Source: Ignavibacteria bacterium (GTDB lineage Bacteria; Bacteroidota; Ignavibacteria; Kapaibacteriales; UBA4661). Taken from it: DNA of 64,000 nt. Made by a program: the position numbers and the translations under genes. The notes under the pieces were generated by a model. It had not been told where the DNA came from. It worked only from the letters and a program-made list of their open reading frames with translations, and did not search any database. Positions 1 to 9,704 of this stretch are shown here, one piece after another; positions within the stretch are counted from its first letter, which is position 1, and the number at the start of each line of letters is the position of its first letter. The stretch lies in assembly GCA_014654705.1 (NCBI GenBank), contig JACVZY010000095.1, forward strand, positions 5,045 to 69,044. The letters run 5' to 3'.

Positions 1-238
1 CAAATTTCGGCACTTTGCGTGCAGCGATTTTGATTGTCGCACCTGTGCGCGGGTTTTTACCGTTACGAGCGGAGCGCTTTGCAACGGAGTATGTACCGAA
101 GCCGATGAGGGCTACATTTTCGCCTTTGGCAAGCGACTCCGATACGGTGTCAATAAATGCGCTGAGCGCGCGTTCTGATTGGACTTTGGTAAGTCCGGCG
201 CTGGATGCGATCGCATCAACAAGCTGTCCTTTGTTCAT
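1..238 (-). CDS. hup: DNA-binding protein HU (histone-like). The gene is truncated by the window start.
   Basis: Minus-strand translation from the ATG at 236-238 reads MNKGQLVDAIASSAGLTKVQSERALSAFIDTVSESLAKGENVALIGFGTYSVAKRSARNGKNPRTGATIKIAARKVPKF. This is the conserved HU/IHF signature (GFGxF ... RNPxTG). The listed + ORF 15..251 is its antisense shadow. Confidence 0.8.
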   Translation of the reverse strand, partial: MNKGQLVDAIASSAGLTKVQSERALSAFIDTVSESLAKGENVALIGFGTYSVAKRSARNGKNPRTGATIKIAARKVPKF

Positions 239-443
239 AGCGAGTACCTAGTTAAAGGTTGATAAATACTGGATTCGCTGCGAAGATATGTGATTTCTCC
301 AAGTGTTGCAAGAAAAAAATGCGAAAAAGTGCAGATTTTATGCGGATTTTTTATTTTTTCTGCACCTAAGTCATTACACAGACAAGTTCTTTCGCTTTCA
401 AAACCTCTGTGTGCCGCTTGAATGCTAGCTTAATCAACAATGT

Positions 444-1058
444 TTACTTTCCAAACTGTTGCCATATCAACCATATAAAAAAAAGCCCTCCACAGGCGTA
501 CAATCCCGCCAAAACGTCGTCGAACATCACGAAAAAAGCTCCTTTTTGTTCGTTCAAGCGATAAATCGGAAACGGTTTGGTAATATCAAAAAGGCGAAAC
601 AGGGCAAATCCTAACGTCATCCAGATAAAAAGTTGGGGTAACGAATGAGGGAATAGAGGGTTAAGGAGGACAAAAAGTAACACAACCCACATCCCGACAA
701 ACTCATCTATTACCACACAGCCCGGGTCGTTGCCCCAATGCTTCTCCATTACCGGAACGACCCACAAGCCCACGAGTAATGCGCTGACGATGCCTATGGC
801 GACTATGAGGCTTAATCCTGTAAACCCCGCTCCCGCCTTGTCCACGAGTGCCGTGGCAAGCGCTATCGGTGCAAGCGCCGCGAAACTCCCTATCGTGCCG
901 GGCATCATGGGAGAAAACCCCACGCCTCCAAGCGTCGCTAGAGCAATTTTCAGGCGGTCAACAAGAGAAAATGTTGCGAACAAAGGTGGCTTCACGGGAA
1001 CATAAAAGTAAAAACATGATAAAAATGATCTGGAAGTTGCATTAGGTACGAGTATCAC
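444..1058 (-). CDS. pgpA: Phosphatidylglycerophosphatase A. The exact start codon is uncertain.
   Basis: The LKIALATLGGVGFSPMMPGTIGSFAALAP and VIDEFVGMW motifs align with E. coli PgpA (LLAVGFGSGLSPIVPGTMGSLAAIP ... VWDEFIGMW). The ORF overlaps the pgsA 3' end by 17 nt, which suggests a pgsA-pgpA operon. Confidence 0.75.
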   Translation of the reverse strand: MILVPNATSRSFLSCFYFYVPVKPPLFATFSLVDRLKIALATLGGVGFSPMMPGTIGSFAALAPIALATALVDKAGAGFTGLSLIVAIGIVSALLVGLWVVPVMEKHWGNDPGCVVIDEFVGMWVVLLFVLLNPLFPHSLPQLFIWMTLGFALFRLFDITKPFPIYRLNEQKGAFFVMFDDVLAGLYACGGLFFIWLIWQQFGK

Positions 1059-1701
1059 GCCTTAGAAAGCGCCGCAATATCTTGATGCCGGGTAGAGTAA
1101 GGCGAAAAAATTTAATGCAAGAACGGCGTAAAATACTACGATTCACTACAAAATACTCTATTCCGGTCCAAACGGTAATGACCGCTACAATCAGCATTGT
1201 AATATATAGGACAGGCGGAAGTAATATCCATGAAGCCAGCAGATGTAACCACGAGGGGAGAGGTAGCTGTAGCACAGAAAGAAAAACCAGTACGATGATA
1301 ATAAAGGTCATCTGCACGAAAGTTTTGACCTTTGCGCTCCACGAGGTAATAAGCGGCTTGCCGATGCTGTCGGCGTATGAGCGAAAGACAGTTGTTGCCG
1401 CATCGCGCACAACTACCAGGAAAACCATCCACCACTCTACCAGACCAAGCAGCGCAAAGGCAATAAATGCCGCAGTGGTCAAAATCTTGTCTGCAAGTGG
1501 GTCAATAAGCGTTCCCCACGCGGAGCTTTGTCCGTACCTGCGGGCAAGCCAGCCATCGAGATAATCCGTAATGGCAGCGATAATAAACACGAGCACCGCA
1601 AGCACCGTCGGCACACGACCGCCCACAAGCAGGAGTGCCATAAAAATTGGCGCAAGCACAGCCCGCGAAATTGTGATGATATTTGGAAGTGTGAGTTTCA
1701 T
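1042..1701 (-). CDS. pgsA: CDP-diacylglycerol--glycerol-3-phosphate 3-phosphatidyltransferase
   Basis: This is a multi-pass membrane protein with the CDP-alcohol phosphatidyltransferase motif (DYLDGWLAR ... G ... DPLADK). The likely start is MKLTLPN at 1701, and the ORF extends further upstream. Confidence 0.85.
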   Translation of the reverse strand: MKLTLPNIITISRAVLAPIFMALLLVGGRVPTVLAVLVFIIAAITDYLDGWLARRYGQSSAWGTLIDPLADKILTTAAFIAFALLGLVEWWMVFLVVVRDAATTVFRSYADSIGKPLITSWSAKVKTFVQMTFIIIVLVFLSVLQLPLPSWLHLLASWILLPPVLYITMLIVAVITVWTGIEYFVVNRSILRRSCIKFFRLTLPGIKILRRFLRRDTRT

Positions 1702-1980
1702 TCTGGGCAAACTTATTGAAGAGTGCGAACATTTCCGCTCTTTTTCGCTCAATTATTTTTGTGCTACTTGGGTGTTGCTTTGTCCAAATTTCATTACGGC
1801 AGTGTTTTTTATACCGAAACAAGCCTCTGGTGCGCACGTATCAATGGGTGCTGGCGAGAATTACACGAAGTCGCCATTTTATTTTTTCTGTTTTTTGTAA
1901 CCTTTGTCAAAACGAGGGCTTCTTCCTTTTAGACACACAATAACTATACTATTCAACAAATTTTCACTAAGGAAACATCA

Positions 1981-2658
1981 ATGAAAACCCTGCTTACAAC
2001 CCTTCGCCTTGCTGCTTCAGCAATCGTTTTATCGTTCACACTGTCCGGTTGCTTCGTTAATATTAGTGGTTTAGATAATATCGTTGGTAACGGCAATATC
2101 ACGACAGAAAAACGTACCATTACTACTTTCACCGGCGTTTCTAATCAAATTAGCGCTGATGTGGACATCATCTGCAAACAAACACCCGGATTAGAAATTA
2201 CAGCAGATGAGAATCTTTTGCCATATATCCGTACCGAAATTGTCAACGGTGTCCTGACGATTAGTTCTGACCGCGTCTCTATTTCACCTCGCCGTCTGAC
2301 AATAAAAGCAAGTACGGATATGCTCACCAACGCACAAATTAGCGGTTCCGGCAGTATGACGGTTACGGGGATTGACACGCAAACATTGACGGGGCGTATT
2401 TCCGGCTCAGGAAATATGACCCTGATAGGAAAAGTAACCAATGGAAATTATACCGTAAGTGGCAGTGGAAACATTGACGCAAAAAGCTGCACCGCTTCGG
2501 AAGTCGCAGCGAGCATTAGTGGCTCAGGTAACATCAGCGTAGCGGTGTCGCAGTTGCTAGATGGCTCTATCTCCGGCTCCGGTAGTATTATCTATTTTGG
2601 CAATCCGACCATTCGTCGTAATATCTCCGGTTCCGGCAATATTGTGGGCGGTCGCTAA
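1981..2658 (+). CDS. DUF2807-like lipoprotein (putative adhesin head GIN domain) with repeated ISGSGN motifs
   Basis: The signal peptide ends in the lipobox LSGC. The mature part is built of roughly 20-aa repeats, each carrying SGSG(N/S)(I/M). The gene has lower GC than its surroundings. Confidence 0.65.
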   Translation: MKTLLTTLRLAASAIVLSFTLSGCFVNISGLDNIVGNGNITTEKRTITTFTGVSNQISADVDIICKQTPGLEITADENLLPYIRTEIVNGVLTISSDRVSISPRRLTIKASTDMLTNAQISGSGSMTVTGIDTQTLTGRISGSGNMTLIGKVTNGNYTVSGSGNIDAKSCTASEVAASISGSGNISVAVSQLLDGSISGSGSIIYFGNPTIRRNISGSGNIVGGR

Positions 2659-2684
2659 AATGTAATGATGTGTTGTTGATGGAA

Positions 2685-2727
2685 GGTGTCGCTCATCTTT
2701 AGTGTGGGCGACACCTTGTTTTATTTG
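2685..2727 (+). terminator. Rho-independent terminator downstream of the DUF2807 gene
   Basis: GGTGTCGC (2685-2692) pairs with GCGACACC (2708-2715), followed by TTGTTTTATTTG. Confidence 0.5.
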
Positions 2728-2757
2728 TAGCAGATAGAAATCGTACCGCCTTGAGAT

Positions 2758-3972
2758 TTACGCATCAATCAAGGCTTCCAAATCAAGCCCTTGAGCAAGA
2801 AGAGGTAGCATTTCCCGTTGAGGCGAACCACCCGAAACAATAATCTCACCCGATTCCGAGATGACGACATCAATCTCCGTGCGCAAGCCCACCTCGCCTG
2901 GAATATAAATTCCCGGTTCAATTGAAAATGAGGTCATAGGAATCAGGCGGCGAATGTCCTGCGTTTCAAAATTGTCAATGTTTGCGCCGGAGCCGTGTGT
3001 ATCAGTCGTGATGCTGTGTCCGGTGCGGTGAATGAAGTATTGACCAAAGCCTGCGTCGTCAATAATTTTGCGGCAAGCATCATCTACGTCGCAACCGCGC
3101 ACGGGCTGGTGCGGGAATGTATCGTAGAGCAGTTTCAGTGCCGCATCGCGCCCGGCGGCAATCGTGTTAAAAAGCATTGCGGGACGCTCCGGTACTTCTT
3201 CGCCGATATATGCCATCCACGTAATGTCCGAATATACCGAATTGGGCTTCGTCATTTTTGCCCACATATCGACAAGCAGTACATCACCGCGCTTGATGAC
3301 AGCACTTTGCTCGGCTGTCGGCTGGTAGTGAGGGTTTGCAGAATTTGCATTGACCGAAACGCTCGGCAGGGCATAACTGGTCATGCTGTTTGCCTCAAAG
3401 AACTTTGCGACTTCCTGCTGAACCTCATATTCGGTAACGATCTTATCTGCCAATACCTTCTCACGAACATAAGTCAAACAGCGCATCATGGCTGTTCTGA
3501 GGAGTTTTGCTGTTATTTTGTTGTCGTCAAATTGTTCTTTCGACCACACCGCCGAATATTTCTGCACCACCTCCGCCGACGAGTGTAAATCAAAGCCCAG
3601 AGACCGCAGCCATTCTACCGTTCCACCATCCACCCACGACACAACCGGAATGGCGTTGTTGGGCGAATACTCCAGCGCAATACGTTTTTTGCCTTGCAAG
3701 GTGCTTGTAATAGCGCTCTCCCAGTCTTTCCGCGTGGCATAGCGAATTTCTTTTGCTGTTACTGTCCCAAGTGTATGCACTTCAATTCCATTCACAATTT
3801 TGGTCGGCTCGCCTTCTGCGGGTATGATGACTGCCCAACGTCGTGAACAGTGGGTTTCTTCCGGTATGCCAAGCGTTTGCCATGCAATTGGGTTACTGTG
3901 GCGAAAATCATAGAGAAGCCAAGCATCGACGCCGTTTTCACGGAGGATGGATTGAATGTGAGAAAGATTCAT
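2758..3972 (-). CDS. M24-family Xaa-Pro aminopeptidase (creatinase/prolidase fold)
   Basis: The protein has a creatinase-type N-terminal domain followed by a pita-bread C-terminal domain carrying the metal ligands (...HRTGHSIT ... EPGIYIPGEVGLRTE). Confidence 0.8.
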   Translation of the reverse strand: MNLSHIQSILRENGVDAWLLYDFRHSNPIAWQTLGIPEETHCSRRWAVIIPAEGEPTKIVNGIEVHTLGTVTAKEIRYATRKDWESAITSTLQGKKRIALEYSPNNAIPVVSWVDGGTVEWLRSLGFDLHSSAEVVQKYSAVWSKEQFDDNKITAKLLRTAMMRCLTYVREKVLADKIVTEYEVQQEVAKFFEANSMTSYALPSVSVNANSANPHYQPTAEQSAVIKRGDVLLVDMWAKMTKPNSVYSDITWMAYIGEEVPERPAMLFNTIAAGRDAALKLLYDTFPHQPVRGCDVDDACRKIIDDAGFGQYFIHRTGHSITTDTHGSGANIDNFETQDIRRLIPMTSFSIEPGIYIPGEVGLRTEIDVVISESGEIIVSGGSPQREMLPLLAQGLDLEALIDA

Positions 3973-4016
3973 AATGCAGTCAGGATTTGAAGGTTGAACG
4001 TGAAATATTGAATGTT

Positions 4017-4769
4017 TTATTTGCAGAAATTAGTCAGCATGGAAGTAGCTTCCAGTAACCCGCTGTCTGATGCGGTCTTGAGGTCTTGGCAAGCACTGGG
4101 GTCCTGGAGCGCAATTTTCACCCGTGCGCGGTGTATCAGTGCTTGCATTGCCTGTGGCTCAAGCTGAATAGTCATCGTGAAGTCGGAAATTGCGCCCAAT
4201 AAATCGCCTGTTTGTGCCCGCGCCTGACCACGCATGAAAAAGTACATTGAATTTGCATGATTAAGGCGTAGAGCGTCGGAATAATCGTTCTTTGCACCTT
4301 CGTAGTCGTTCATTTGTAATTTTGCCATACCTCTGAGCGATAATGCTTCGTCATCGTAAGGGTCAATCTGGATAGCACTTGTGCAGTCGTGTGTTGAGCC
4401 TTCGTACTGCTTGAGGGAAAATTTTGCGTACGCTCGGTAAAGATATGCCAATGCCGCATTACTGTCTTTATTGCTGAAGCGGAGGACTTCGCTGCAATCT
4501 TTGATTGTGCCGGCATAATCACCCATTTGGAGTTTGGCATACCCGCGAAAGCGGAATACTTCTGCTGTGGCGAGAGAGCGCTTTATTGCCGCGTCAAAAT
4601 CGCGTACCGCACCCACAAAATCACCGCTATCGGTCTTGGCTAAACCGCTTTGGATGTATTGATGCAACTGAGATGTGTTTTTGCTCTGCGCGGCGAGATG
4701 CGTTGAAGAAAATAGCACACCCAAGCATATAATCGTCCAAATAGGTATATTTTCTGTTCTCTTCTTCAT
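4017..4769 (-). CDS. Secreted tetratricopeptide-repeat protein
   Basis: The sequence starts MKKRTENIPIWTIICLGVLFSSTHLAAQ, which is a signal peptide. It continues with at least five TPR-like A..Y..G..A...Y units. The start was chosen at the ATG at 4767-4769; the ORF extends to 4904 and overlaps the cinA end. Confidence 0.6.
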   Translation of the reverse strand: MKKRTENIPIWTIICLGVLFSSTHLAAQSKNTSQLHQYIQSGLAKTDSGDFVGAVRDFDAAIKRSLATAEVFRFRGYAKLQMGDYAGTIKDCSEVLRFSNKDSNAALAYLYRAYAKFSLKQYEGSTHDCTSAIQIDPYDDEALSLRGMAKLQMNDYEGAKNDYSDALRLNHANSMYFFMRGQARAQTGDLLGAISDFTMTIQLEPQAMQALIHRARVKIALQDPSACQDLKTASDSGLLEATSMLTNFCK

Positions 4770-4782
4770 GGTATTCTTCATC

Positions 4783-6054
4783 TCATACACCCGAAACTTT
4801 CTTAAAAATGAGTTGTAACGCCGCCGCAACGGCTCGTTCACGATTAACGGTGCGGTCTCCGGGGACATTGTATTTATGAGCCTCGGCGCCATTTTTATCG
4901 GCAAAAGCTACCCAAATTGTTCCCACGGGTTTTTCCGGTGTGCCACCGTCCGGTCCGGCGATACCGGTAATGGAAACGCCAATACTGGCTTGAAAGCGTT
5001 CACGGATACCGCTAGCAAGCTCTAGAGCGGTTTCCTCGCTGACTGCTCCGTGCTGGCGTAGGGTGCCGGATTTCACACCCGCAAACTGCATTTTGGCTTC
5101 GTTGCTGTAACACTGTACACCACCCAGAAAGTACGCCGATGCTCCGCGCGATGCCGTCAGCGCTGCACCTAGCAAGCCACCGGTACACGATTCGGCAACG
5201 GCAATCGTCAAGCCATGCTCCGTAAGAAGCTGCCCCACCAGTGCATCGTAGGTGTCGCCGTCTTTGCCATAAACATAGCGTCCAGCACGAGCGCGAATCC
5301 GCTCTTCGATGCGAGCTACAATTTCGTCCGCTTTTGCGCGGTTTTCGGCGGTAACGCTGATGCGTAATTTCACGCCGCCGGACGACGGCAAAAATGCGAG
5401 TTCTTGTCCTTCCAGAATCATATCCACATCACCAATAAGATCTGCAAGTGTTGATTCTGCAATACCAGTAGTCAGAAGCGTTGTGTAGCGCATTACGGGG
5501 TCATTCGCCGAAAGGTCGCGCAGACGAGGAATAACGCGGTCTCGCATCAGGTGTTTCATTTCGTACGGAACGCCGGGCATAGAAACCATGATTTTATCCC
5601 GTTTCGATGGGTTGTGCTTTGACTGCGCCTTCAGTGTGAACCACATTCCTGCTGCAGTCCCTTTGTCATTTTGTAGCACCTCGCACGTGCTTGGAAGCAT
5701 CGCTTGCGTTGCATTCCGCTCGGTAATGTCGCGTCCAAGTCGCCGAAAGAGCGCTTTGAGGTGTTGCAGTGTTGGCTCGTGTAAAACGGCTTTGTCTTCC
5801 AAAAACTCGAGCAAGGCAGTTTTTGTGCGGTCGTCGTGGGTCGGTCCCAAGCCGCCTGTTATCAAGACGGTATCTGCCAAGCCTAGTAAACGCTTGAATT
5901 CATCAATAATCTGCGATAATTCATCACCCACCACCGAATGTGCCACGACGCGCCAGCCCTCCAATGAACACATTTCTGCCATCCACGCGGCATTCGTATT
6001 GACGATTTGTCCGATGCAGATTTCATCGCCGATGGTGAGCAGTGCTATTGTCAT
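4783..6054 (-). CDS. cinA: CinA-family competence/damage-inducible protein (MoCF-binding domain plus NMN deamidase domain)
   Basis: The N-terminus reads MTIALLTIGDEICIGQIVNTNAAW ... ITGGLGPTHDDRTK. The C-terminal CinA domain reads AVAESCTGGLLGAALT. Confidence 0.85.
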   Translation of the reverse strand: MTIALLTIGDEICIGQIVNTNAAWMAEMCSLEGWRVVAHSVVGDELSQIIDEFKRLLGLADTVLITGGLGPTHDDRTKTALLEFLEDKAVLHEPTLQHLKALFRRLGRDITERNATQAMLPSTCEVLQNDKGTAAGMWFTLKAQSKHNPSKRDKIMVSMPGVPYEMKHLMRDRVIPRLRDLSANDPVMRYTTLLTTGIAESTLADLIGDVDMILEGQELAFLPSSGGVKLRISVTAENRAKADEIVARIEERIRARAGRYVYGKDGDTYDALVGQLLTEHGLTIAVAESCTGGLLGAALTASRGASAYFLGGVQCYSNEAKMQFAGVKSGTLRQHGAVSEETALELASGIRERFQASIGVSITGIAGPDGGTPEKPVGTIWVAFADKNGAEAHKYNVPGDRTVNRERAVAAALQLIFKKVSGV

Positions 6055-6069
6055 GGAAGTTGCTTTGGG

Positions 6070-9000
6070 TTAGAATTTGAAAATCTTTGTGCGTTGTGTG
6101 ATGCTGCGCCCACGTAACTCAAGAGTGTAAAAGCCTCTGGAAAGCGCACTGAGAGATAGTGTCTGTTGCTTGGTGTAGGGCGCGAGGTCGGTTTGCAGGG
6201 CAATTCTTCCACACACATCGTACAAAATTAGCGTTTCTACGCTATTCTGCAAGCGTGATACATCAATCGTGATATTTTCTTGCGCCGGATTGGGGTAAGC
6301 CACTATTTCTGTGGTAGATGCCTTGTGGTATTCGCCTGCTTCAAGGATATTGAGATGCGGTTTTTGAGCGATATCCAGCGAAGGTAGAGGAGATGGTTCG
6401 GCAAATTCTTCAATCGTTTCTGCATTATTCGACGTTATGGTCTCGAAGCGCAGGAACACTGTTGCGCTTGTGCTGGGGCTGCCCGGATTCGTAAGGGTAA
6501 CAGTGTGAGGCTCGTCGCTTTGAAGGGGAAAGAACAGCGTTTGTGGTATGCTAATAAGGCAGCGTGAATTCAGAACACTAAGAACATCAATGGTATTTGT
6601 GTCCAGCATAGCCCTCACGCCCGGCTGAAAATTCTTGCCCAGAATGGGTAAGCCAATGAGCGAAGCACGTCCGCGACGCTCCAGTATGAGCGAAGCGTAG
6701 CTGTCTATATGTGGTTGCACAGGATACAAAAATTGTGGTGGTACGCGGTAGCCGTAGCGCTGCGAGTCGGCATTCTCAAGCAATAGCACCAGAGGTGGTT
6801 CCGTGAGCGACGGGCGGAGGAAATTTGCCGGAATAAGCACCGTTACTTCGCCCGCCGTTGCACGTAGTACAGGTGTGGAGCGCAGGGCAAGTTCGACCGT
6901 AAGAGGTGGCATAAAACCTGCACCTCTCAAGACAAATTCCAAGCGCGGCGAGCCATCGGCGTTATTGTACCACTGTGGTTGTATCTCGGTAATGATTGGC
7001 GCTGTCCGCGAAATGACGTGCACGGTCGCCTCGGTAAACTGTCCATCGAAATTGGTGAGGCGAATTTGCGCCGTATTGCCCAAAATATTCAGCGCACGCG
7101 GAATCTCAACCGTTGCTTCGGATGCACTAATAACGCGCCCCACAGCCACATTTCCATTCAGCGAGAGCGTGACCGCACCCTGCCGGAAAAATCCTGTACC
7201 CGTTAGTGCCACTGTGAATGCCTGTCCGCTTGCAATAGTGGAAATAACGCTTTGCGCCGTCAGGCGTGGCGGCGGGACAGCAATTACCGTAAAGGTTGTC
7301 GAAAGCACTACATCCCATACACGCAGGTTCAAGCGATAGCCGCCCACGCGCCGTAGAGCAAGCGGTAGCTTGAGCGTCGCAGCAGTGGTGCTAACGTCGA
7401 GCACCTGCACTCTTGTCGGTGTAGTATTTGGCGCATTGAGCGGTACGACCTCAAATTGCCCAAAAAATGAGAGATTGCGCCCGATAACAGTCAATGTATA
7501 ATCTTCGTCCCCTGTGATAACCGGTTCGGGGGTAGTTGCCAGTATTTGTGGCGTTTGTGGGGCGAAATAAACAAAACTGCCACCTTCTAAAAATACTTCG
7601 CCGAGCGTCGAGACAACAGAAATACTACCCGATGCACCGGAGCCAAGGATTGCCGTAATTTGACTGTCGGAGTCAACCGTAAAGCGCAGTACATTCACTC
7701 CGCCAAAGCGCACCGCATTTACACCCGTGAAACCTCGCCCGTAGATAACTACGGACGTTCCTAGCGAACCCGTGCTTTGGCTAATACCAGTCATGGTGGG
7801 GCGTGAATTCACAATGTACGTGAAAGACGTGGGTGAAAAAACCGTCGTATCAACGGTAGCGAGTCCAATAAAACCCGTACCGCCGGAGCCAAGCGTTGCG
7901 GTAATGAGTGAGTCGGAATCAATCGTAAAAGCACTTGCGGGAATGCCGCCAAATGAAACAGTGCGCACCGTTGTCAAGCCTTGACCGCGAATTTCGATGC
8001 GCTCGCCGAAACTACCCACAGATGGTATAAAACCTGAGATGCGGGGAGCGACGACAAGATTTGGAGCGATAACAGCAGCAACGCTATCAATAAATTGAAC
8101 GCGAATTGCCCGTCCGTTTAAGCCTGCAATTGCCGCTGCATTACCATTGGAAACAGCTGCATTGGTAAAGGTAAACTGCACATTGGAAACGCTATTGCTT
8201 GCCGCGTGGGTTTGTGCTTGTCCGGTGAAGTAAAACTGTACGGTGACAGTATTGAGCACACGAGCCACAACCGACAGCCCGCTCGGAACGCCGGAAACTG
8301 TATAGTGCGTTCCCGTGCTGAGAACTGTTCCCGGTGCTGGTAGCCACGTAGTGCGATCAAGCGTGATGACATTTGTTTGCCCGATAGTACCGTTGTTTGC
8401 TGAAGTTTCGGTGAAAGGAGTATTTGTATAAGCCGCCGCCGGCACGGGTTGGTCAAGAACCGCAAAAAAGCCTCGTGCTTGACCACCGATGGTCGTGAAC
8501 TGTCCGCCAACAAGTACCGTTGCTTCTCCGGGGACATTTGCAAGCCCGTTGAACTCAATTTGTCCGTTAGCACTAGGATTTGCCCACAGCGTTGAAGCAC
8601 CCGTTACCGCATCCACAGAGGCAAGATTTTGGAAGCCCGTGCCGCCAATAGACGTGTAATTCCCGCCCGCGACAATGCGCGAACCAAGCGGGAGTGCACG
8701 AAGAACACCGTTGTTGCAATTCGGATTCCACGCCGTTGCCAAGCCTGTTGCGGGGTCTAGAGCCGCTAATCCCTGCCGACCGCTTCCGCCGATGGTGGTA
8801 AAAAATCCACCTGCATAGACATTTGTACCGTCGGTGGCAACGTTCAGCACAATATTGTTTGACGATGGATTCCATGCCGTCGGTACGCCCGTTGCCGCAT
8901 CAATCGCTGCAATGCGGGGTCTCCCCATACCGCCAACATTCAAGAAAAGACCACCTGCGTACATCGTTGAACCGCTTAGTGCCAGCGAAAACACAAAATT

Positions 9001-9606
9001 ATCTGCCGATGGATTCCACGGGAGTAAAGCGCCCGTACCGCTTGCATCCACCGCGCCCAGAAAGAAACGGTTGGTTCCGGCAATTTGAAAAAAAGCGCCG
9101 CCCATGTACATTGTTGAACCGCTCAAGACCATCGTAAAGACCGTACCATTTGGCTGCGGGTCCCATGCCGTTGCTGCGCCTGTTCCTGCATCAATCGCCG
9201 CCGCACGGCTGCGTGGCTGCCCGCCGGCATTCAAAAATGCCCCGCCGATATAGACCACACCACTGCTCGGAACAATCACAACGACATCGTTATCAGCCCC
9301 CGGATTCCAACTCGTTGTATATCCCGTGCTTGCATCAATAGCTGCAATGCGGTTTCTAGCGACTACCGACCCGTCGGGATTGATAACGCTGGTAAAGGTT
9401 CCGCCGATGTAGAACACGCCGCCGCCGTCAGCGACCGATAACACAGAACCGTTGGTCTGCGCCATATCGGGACGGATAAATTGTGCGAAAGCAACATTAG
9501 TCAAAAATACCAAGCAGACAGTAACGAACGAGAGAGAGAGCGTTATCCGGCGTGTGTGGTTTGTGGTAAAAAGTCTGAGAATAGTCGTTGGCATAGTCAA
9601 TAGCAT
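6070..9606 (-). CDS. Giant T9SS-sorted surface protein with beta-propeller-type repeats, IPT/TIG domains and a Por C-terminal sorting domain
   Basis: It has a signal peptide. It carries about 7 repeats of roughly 48 aa (AAIDA.TG....W.P......V......G...Y.GG.F..IGG). There are two IPT-like domains (ISGF.PS.GS.G..I.I.G.G). The C-terminus (...YTLELRGRSITQRTKIFKF) is typical of a type IX secretion CTD. Confidence 0.75.
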   Translation of the reverse strand: MLLTMPTTILRLFTTNHTRRITLSLSFVTVCLVFLTNVAFAQFIRPDMAQTNGSVLSVADGGGVFYIGGTFTSVINPDGSVVARNRIAAIDASTGYTTSWNPGADNDVVVIVPSSGVVYIGGAFLNAGGQPRSRAAAIDAGTGAATAWDPQPNGTVFTMVLSGSTMYMGGAFFQIAGTNRFFLGAVDASGTGALLPWNPSADNFVFSLALSGSTMYAGGLFLNVGGMGRPRIAAIDAATGVPTAWNPSSNNIVLNVATDGTNVYAGGFFTTIGGSGRQGLAALDPATGLATAWNPNCNNGVLRALPLGSRIVAGGNYTSIGGTGFQNLASVDAVTGASTLWANPSANGQIEFNGLANVPGEATVLVGGQFTTIGGQARGFFAVLDQPVPAAAYTNTPFTETSANNGTIGQTNVITLDRTTWLPAPGTVLSTGTHYTVSGVPSGLSVVARVLNTVTVQFYFTGQAQTHAASNSVSNVQFTFTNAAVSNGNAAAIAGLNGRAIRVQFIDSVAAVIAPNLVVAPRISGFIPSVGSFGERIEIRGQGLTTVRTVSFGGIPASAFTIDSDSLITATLGSGGTGFIGLATVDTTVFSPTSFTYIVNSRPTMTGISQSTGSLGTSVVIYGRGFTGVNAVRFGGVNVLRFTVDSDSQITAILGSGASGSISVVSTLGEVFLEGGSFVYFAPQTPQILATTPEPVITGDEDYTLTVIGRNLSFFGQFEVVPLNAPNTTPTRVQVLDVSTTAATLKLPLALRRVGGYRLNLRVWDVVLSTTFTVIAVPPPRLTAQSVISTIASGQAFTVALTGTGFFRQGAVTLSLNGNVAVGRVISASEATVEIPRALNILGNTAQIRLTNFDGQFTEATVHVISRTAPIITEIQPQWYNNADGSPRLEFVLRGAGFMPPLTVELALRSTPVLRATAGEVTVLIPANFLRPSLTEPPLVLLLENADSQRYGYRVPPQFLYPVQPHIDSYASLILERRGRASLIGLPILGKNFQPGVRAMLDTNTIDVLSVLNSRCLISIPQTLFFPLQSDEPHTVTLTNPGSPSTSATVFLRFETITSNNAETIEEFAEPSPLPSLDIAQKPHLNILEAGEYHKASTTEIVAYPNPAQENITIDVSRLQNSVETLILYDVCGRIALQTDLAPYTKQQTLSLSALSRGFYTLELRGRSITQRTKIFKF

Positions 9607-9646
9607 GAAACCGTTATGATAATCTCTTGCAAAGCAGAGTCAACCG

Positions 9647-9679
9647 AAAAAAAAGGCGAGAACTACAACTGTTCTCGCC
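9647..9679 (-). terminator. Rho-independent terminator of the ndh gene (minus strand)
   Basis: GGCGAGAAC-tacaact-GTTCTCGCC is preceded on the plus strand by an A8 tract, which is a T-tract on the minus strand. Confidence 0.5.
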
Positions 9680-9704
9680 CACAAACATACAAATTTCTAG
9701 CAAC

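Noticed and set aside
1082-1564. 160-aa plus-strand ORF overlapping pgsA
   Set aside because: It is antisense to a membrane protein gene that carries the CDP-alcohol transferase motif.
6803-7339. 178-aa plus-strand ORF, and several other 60-110-aa ORFs, inside the giant T9SS protein gene
   Set aside because: They are antisense shadow ORFs of a long, clearly coding minus-strand gene. Their composition is Arg/Cys-rich and there is no start context.
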